62,194 nt of DNA. Source: an uncultured Fidelibacterota bacterium (lineage in GTDB: Bacteria; Fidelibacterota; Marinisomatia; Marinisomatales; Marinisomataceae). Shown here piece after piece: positions 57,996 to 62,194 of this stretch. Every line of letters begins with the position of its first letter. The stretch's first letter is position 1. The notes under the pieces are model-generated. The model was not told the origin of the DNA. It ran no database searches and worked only from the letters and a program-made list of their open reading frames with translations. Made by a program: the position numbers and the translations under genes. The stretch is taken from positions 1 through 62,194 of the forward strand of contig CACGRA010000003.1 in the NCBI GenBank assembly GCA_902575395.1. Direction: 5' to 3'.

Positions 57996-58976
57996 ATGGA
58001 TAAAACTATTAATGATGTTAAGACATCTTTTCATTCAGATTTAAAATCTTGTAAAACAGCTGATGATCTTGAACAGGTTCGCATTAAGTATTTAGGAAGG
58101 AAGGGTAAACTAACTGAATTATTTAACCAATTTGCTAGCCTAAGCAATAAAGAAAAGCCTAAATACGGAAAAACATTAAATATTCTCAAGTCAGATCTTA
58201 ATTCATCATATAATGATAAATTAAATTCATTAGGCATAGGGATATCAGAAGCCAAAGATAGTAAAGACTTTTCTTTGCCTGGATATGCATTACCAAAGGG
58301 GAATATTCATCCTTTAGAACACGTTACCGATGAGATAAAGTCTATTTTTAAATCAATTGGATTTTCAGTAGCCTATGGTCCTGAAATTGATGATGATTAT
58401 CATAATTTTGAAGCACTAAATGTACCAAAACATCATCCTGCAAGAGATATGCAAGACACTTTCTTTATTGATCCAAATACAGTATTACGTACTCATACAT
58501 CTAATGTCCAAATACATTTAATGGAAAACCAAGATCCTCCACTGCGACATATTTGTTGTGGTAGAGTTTTTCGCAATGAGGCAGTAAGCTATAAGAGTTT
58601 TTGTTTATTCCATCAAGTAGAAGGATTAGTAATTAATGAATCATCTTCTTTTGCTGAGATGAAAGGCACTTTAGAATATTTTGCAAAAGAAATGTTTGGA
58701 AAAGATACAAAAATGCGCTTCCGACCAAGTTATTTTCCATTTACTGAGCCTAGTGCCGAAGTAGATATTTGGAATGAAAAATTAAATCAATGGATGGAAA
58801 TTCTTGGGTGTGGAATGGTAAATCCAAATGTATTAGAAAATGTTGGATATGATAGTGAAAGATATCAAGGGTTTGCTTTTGGTATGGGAATTGAACGTAT
58901 TGCAATGATTAAATATGGTATTCGAGATATTCGACTATTTTATCAAAATGATAAACGATTTTTGGAGCAGTTTTAA
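57996..58976 (+). CDS. pheS: Phenylalanine--tRNA ligase alpha subunit
   Basis: HPARDMQDTF, LRTHTS, FHQVEG, FRPSYFPFTEPS, GFAFGMG.ER; ATG 57996 preferred over GTG 57990. Confidence 0.97.
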   Translation: MDKTINDVKTSFHSDLKSCKTADDLEQVRIKYLGRKGKLTELFNQFASLSNKEKPKYGKTLNILKSDLNSSYNDKLNSLGIGISEAKDSKDFSLPGYALPKGNIHPLEHVTDEIKSIFKSIGFSVAYGPEIDDDYHNFEALNVPKHHPARDMQDTFFIDPNTVLRTHTSNVQIHLMENQDPPLRHICCGRVFRNEAVSYKSFCLFHQVEGLVINESSSFAEMKGTLEYFAKEMFGKDTKMRFRPSYFPFTEPSAEVDIWNEKLNQWMEILGCGMVNPNVLENVGYDSERYQGFAFGMGIERIAMIKYGIRDIRLFYQNDKRFLEQF

Positions 58977-61648
58977 TGAAAGTTTCTATCCCATGGCTTA
59001 AACGTTTCGTTAATTTTAATCATTCTGCGTCTGATTTAGCAGACATATTAACAATGTTAGGGTTTGAATCTGAAGTTGTAACCGACTTTTCTTCCTTGAA
59101 AAATATTGTAGTAGGTGAAGTAGAATCAGCTAAAAAACATCCAAATGCAGATAAATTAAAATTTTGTATTGTTAATGATGGAGAAAAATTACATGAAGTA
59201 ATATGCGGTGCTCCAAATGTTGCTTCTGGACAAAAAATTGTTTTTGCTAAAGTGGGAGCAGTATTGCCAGGCGATTTTAAAATAGGAAAAGCAAAAATTC
59301 GTGGTATTGAAAGTAATGGGATGATTTGCTCTGAAAGGGAATTAGGAATATCAGAAGAACATGATGGAATTATGGTTTTGGATTCTTCTTTAGAAAATGG
59401 TACAAATATTGCTGATATATTTGGTCCGATATATGATGCAATTGATATTGATATTACCCCAGATAAGGCTTTTGCATTAAGTCATCGTGGTATTGCTAGA
59501 GAGATTGCAGCAAAGTTAAATAAAAAATTAAAGAATCCTTTAAATAGCAAGAGAGTAATCCCTGATGCTAAAAAGAAAGTTAAAGTTGTTTTAGATAAAA
59601 AAGGAGGATGTCCTCGTTATATTGCAGGAATTGTTAGAGGAGTAAAAGTTGGACCATCTCCACAGTGGTTATTGGATTATTTAAAGTCTGCAGGACAAAA
59701 AAGCATTAATAATTTGGTCGATATTTCAAACTTTATGTTACTCGAAATTGGTCAACCAACTCATATATTTGATTTAGATAAGTTGTCGAAAGAAGCTATT
59801 GAAGTAAAATGGGCAAAAAAAGGTGAAAAATTTGAAGCACTTGATGACGAAACATACACATTAGATTCTGATCATCTTGTTATTACTGATTCAGTTAATA
59901 CAGTTGCATTAGCAGGGATTATCGGAGGAAAAGATAGCGCTGTATCTGAAAAGACAACAAATGTCTTAATTGAAAGCGCTTATTTTGACCCTATTGTTAT
60001 TAGAAAAGGTTCAAAAAAATTAAATTTATTATCTGAAGCATCTAGACGATTTGAAAGAGGCGCAGATCCTGCTGCAGCAAATGATGCATTTTATATGATT
60101 GTAAGATTAATGCAGGAGATTGCAGGAGGAGAGCTAAGTTCTATTGTCACAGATGAGTGTACATTTGATTTAACACCACGCAAAATAGTCCTTTCTAATA
60201 AAAAATTATCACAATATGCTGGTTTTAATATTTCAGCAAACAAAGTAGAAAATATTCTTTCTGGACTACATATTGATTGTAAAAGTAGAGGAGAAGGCCT
60301 TATTTCTATGGATATAGCTGATATATTGTCTGATACCAATAAATTACAATCTATGAGAATTCGAACGGAATTTAGGCCATTTATGCGCAATATTGTTGAT
60401 CATCTATATCAGATAGATAAAATTACACGAAAAGATGCAAGCAGTTATCGTCATAGAATTCGATTTGGATCTAAAGAAACACTAGTAGAATTGGCAAATA
60501 CATTAAAAAAACAACATTCTCAAGATTTACCAAGCGAATTTATTGTTAAATCTACAGGAAAAAAGAACACCAATAATCGCGATACTCAGAAGTGGGTTTG
60601 CACAATTCCATCTTTTAGAGGAGATTTAGTGAATGAATCCGATCTTATTGAGGAAGTATTACGCTGTTATGGATATGATAATATTGATGCATCTTATAGT
60701 TTTTCTTCTCAAATGCAGTATGTTGAAGATGAAGAACGTCCAATTTCTAAGTTGAAACAATATTTATCATCAGTTGGGTTTCAACAATGTTATAATAATT
60801 CTCTTCAAGAAAAGAGTCAGATTAAGCATTTTGGTGTGAAACCTGTATCGGTAATGAATCCTTCTTCAGATAAAATGAATGCACTAAGAACTTCATTGCA
60901 CCAAGGATTGCTTAATACTCTTGATTTTAATTACAAAAATGGTGCTCAAAACGTATTGATTTATGAACAAGGGACTGTATTTAAAAATAATGGAAAAAAA
61001 TTAGAAGATATTGAACAGAAAAACGCATTTTCTTGTCTTGTGCATGGTGATTTTACTGCACCAAATGTACATTTTAATCCAATTGAAGGAAATTTCTTCT
61101 TATTAAAAGGATTAGCAGAAGGTATTTTTAATAATTTATTAAAGATAAAGATTAAATTTATTAGAGAGTCACATCCATATTGTGATACATTTTATCATAT
61201 CATAGATTCTAAGAAAAGTGTTGTAGGTTCAGTTGGTATTATTAATAAAGAGTTATTAGACAAAATGGACATTTCTTACAAGACAGATGTCTGTATAATG
61301 GATATTGATACATATCGATTTAAAGAATGTTCAGGATATAACATAAAAGCAGAAGATATTATTCTTTATCCTATGGTAAATAGAGATTTAAATTTTATAT
61401 TAGATCATGATATAGAATTAGCAGAGGTATGTACCGCAATGAAAAACGTAAATCAAGCATTATTAAAAGAGGTTATACCTGTAGATATATTTGAATCAAA
61501 AGAGTTAAAGAATAAGAAAAGTGTCCTGTTTAAGTTATCCTTTCAGGACCCTAAGAAAACACTTGAAGATAATCAGGTAAATTCTATTATTACTGAAATT
61601 ATAAGTTTAATTTCAAAGAAATTTGATGCAAAATTAAGAGACCAATAA
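58976..61648 (+). CDS. pheT: Phenylalanine--tRNA ligase beta subunit with ~95-aa insertion
   Basis: HPNADKL, CGAPN, S.GM.CS..ELG, RFERG.D, PSFR.DL...DLIEEV.R, RDL, FDX-ACB C-terminus. Confidence 0.95.
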   Translation: MKVSIPWLKRFVNFNHSASDLADILTMLGFESEVVTDFSSLKNIVVGEVESAKKHPNADKLKFCIVNDGEKLHEVICGAPNVASGQKIVFAKVGAVLPGDFKIGKAKIRGIESNGMICSERELGISEEHDGIMVLDSSLENGTNIADIFGPIYDAIDIDITPDKAFALSHRGIAREIAAKLNKKLKNPLNSKRVIPDAKKKVKVVLDKKGGCPRYIAGIVRGVKVGPSPQWLLDYLKSAGQKSINNLVDISNFMLLEIGQPTHIFDLDKLSKEAIEVKWAKKGEKFEALDDETYTLDSDHLVITDSVNTVALAGIIGGKDSAVSEKTTNVLIESAYFDPIVIRKGSKKLNLLSEASRRFERGADPAAANDAFYMIVRLMQEIAGGELSSIVTDECTFDLTPRKIVLSNKKLSQYAGFNISANKVENILSGLHIDCKSRGEGLISMDIADILSDTNKLQSMRIRTEFRPFMRNIVDHLYQIDKITRKDASSYRHRIRFGSKETLVELANTLKKQHSQDLPSEFIVKSTGKKNTNNRDTQKWVCTIPSFRGDLVNESDLIEEVLRCYGYDNIDASYSFSSQMQYVEDEERPISKLKQYLSSVGFQQCYNNSLQEKSQIKHFGVKPVSVMNPSSDKMNALRTSLHQGLLNTLDFNYKNGAQNVLIYEQGTVFKNNGKKLEDIEQKNAFSCLVHGDFTAPNVHFNPIEGNFFLLKGLAEGIFNNLLKIKIKFIRESHPYCDTFYHIIDSKKSVVGSVGIINKELLDKMDISYKTDVCIMDIDTYRFKECSGYNIKAEDIILYPMVNRDLNFILDHDIELAEVCTAMKNVNQALLKEVIPVDIFESKELKNKKSVLFKLSFQDPKKTLEDNQVNSIITEIISLISKKFDAKLRDQ

Positions 61649-61664
61649 AAGGAAAAAATAAATT

Positions 61665-61955
61665 ATGGAACACCAACAATCAGAAAGCATAATAGTAAAA
61701 ATCTTTGGAAAAGATTATTCATTTAAAGCTACTGGAAACGAAGATAACATACGACAAGCAGCAAGTCAAGTTGATCAAAAAATGAGAGAAATAGGAGGAA
61801 AGTCTCCTAATTTATCTACTTCAGATGTTGCTATATTGGCCGCAATGTATATTTTTGATGAATATAGTAGCTCGACGGTAGGAGAATCTTCTTTTAAAGG
61901 AAGAATTGAGTCTAGAATAGAGTCTTTGATTGAACGTATTGATCAAGCTGTATAA
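61665..61955 (+). CDS. zapA: Cell division protein ZapA
   Basis: V.IFGK.Y, A..VD.KM, AILAAM; follows pheT. Confidence 0.85.
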   Translation: MEHQQSESIIVKIFGKDYSFKATGNEDNIRQAASQVDQKMREIGGKSPNLSTSDVAILAAMYIFDEYSSSTVGESSFKGRIESRIESLIERIDQAV

Positions 61956-61964
61956 GGAGGAACA

Positions 61965-62194
61965 ATGGCTGGTACAGTAATTTTATCAGGAATTGAGGCT
62001 AGTGATGCACTTTATAATAGTTTGCATGCACGCATTAATGCTTTAAAGGAGAAAGGAATTACTCCTGGATTAGCAGCGATATTGGTAGGGGAAAACCCTG
62101 CATCACAAATCTATGTACGCAATAAAACCAAAAAATTCGATTCTTTGGGTCTAAAATCAGATATTTATCGTCTGCCAGAGGACACAAAAGAAGA
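61965..62194 (+). CDS. folD: FolD bifunctional methylenetetrahydrofolate dehydrogenase/cyclohydrolase, N-terminal fragment
   Basis: AAGGAGG RBS, then MAGTVILSG...PGLAAILVGENPASQIYVRNK; runs off the window end. Confidence 0.92.
   Translation, partial: MAGTVILSGIEASDALYNSLHARINALKEKGITPGLAAILVGENPASQIYVRNKTKKFDSLGLKSDIYRLPEDTKE

Noticed and set aside
60278-60601. Intein in PheT (segment starts near a Cys and ends near a Cys)
   Set aside because: No block B TxxH, no terminal His-Asn/Gln before the Cys, and shorter than a minimal intein

Overview
AT-rich, very densely packed bacterial chromosome segment, almost all on the + strand, with many overlapping start/stop codons. Gene content (PorV-like barrel, FlgD/T9SS-like C-terminal domain, grpE-dnaJ without dnaK, choice-of-anchor B protein, DUF5916 protein) suggests a streamlined marine FCB-group bacterium, most likely Marinimicrobia/SAR406; this is an inference, not a search result. 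1-31.8 kb is mostly housekeeping (bamD, nadD, ftsEX, grpE, dnaJ, rsmD, coaD, icd, obgE, tRNA-Ser, pyrD, rlpA, cdsA, lat, rsmI, tmk, S41 protease). Embedded in it is the best candidate for an undescribed system: a coupled 7-gene block (18737-25383) with an orphan GlmL/MutL-like ASKHA ATPase, a lipoyl-like/KOW partner, a small protein and four membrane proteins (one DUF6754-like), with no B12 mutase nearby and lat directly downstream. 31.8-55 kb is accessory-like: tRNA-Val with an atypical C33, CADD-type pABA synthase, alkyl sulfatase, a lipoprotein pair behind an ECF-type promoter, a large secreted protein, an M28 peptidase and a TonB receptor with two Fur-like boxes. 55-62.2 kb is thrS-infC-rpmI-rplT-pheS-pheT-zapA-folD, with a ~95-aa insertion in PheT. 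No CRISPR array, rRNA, integrase or transposase was seen. All family calls come from motif recognition by eye.
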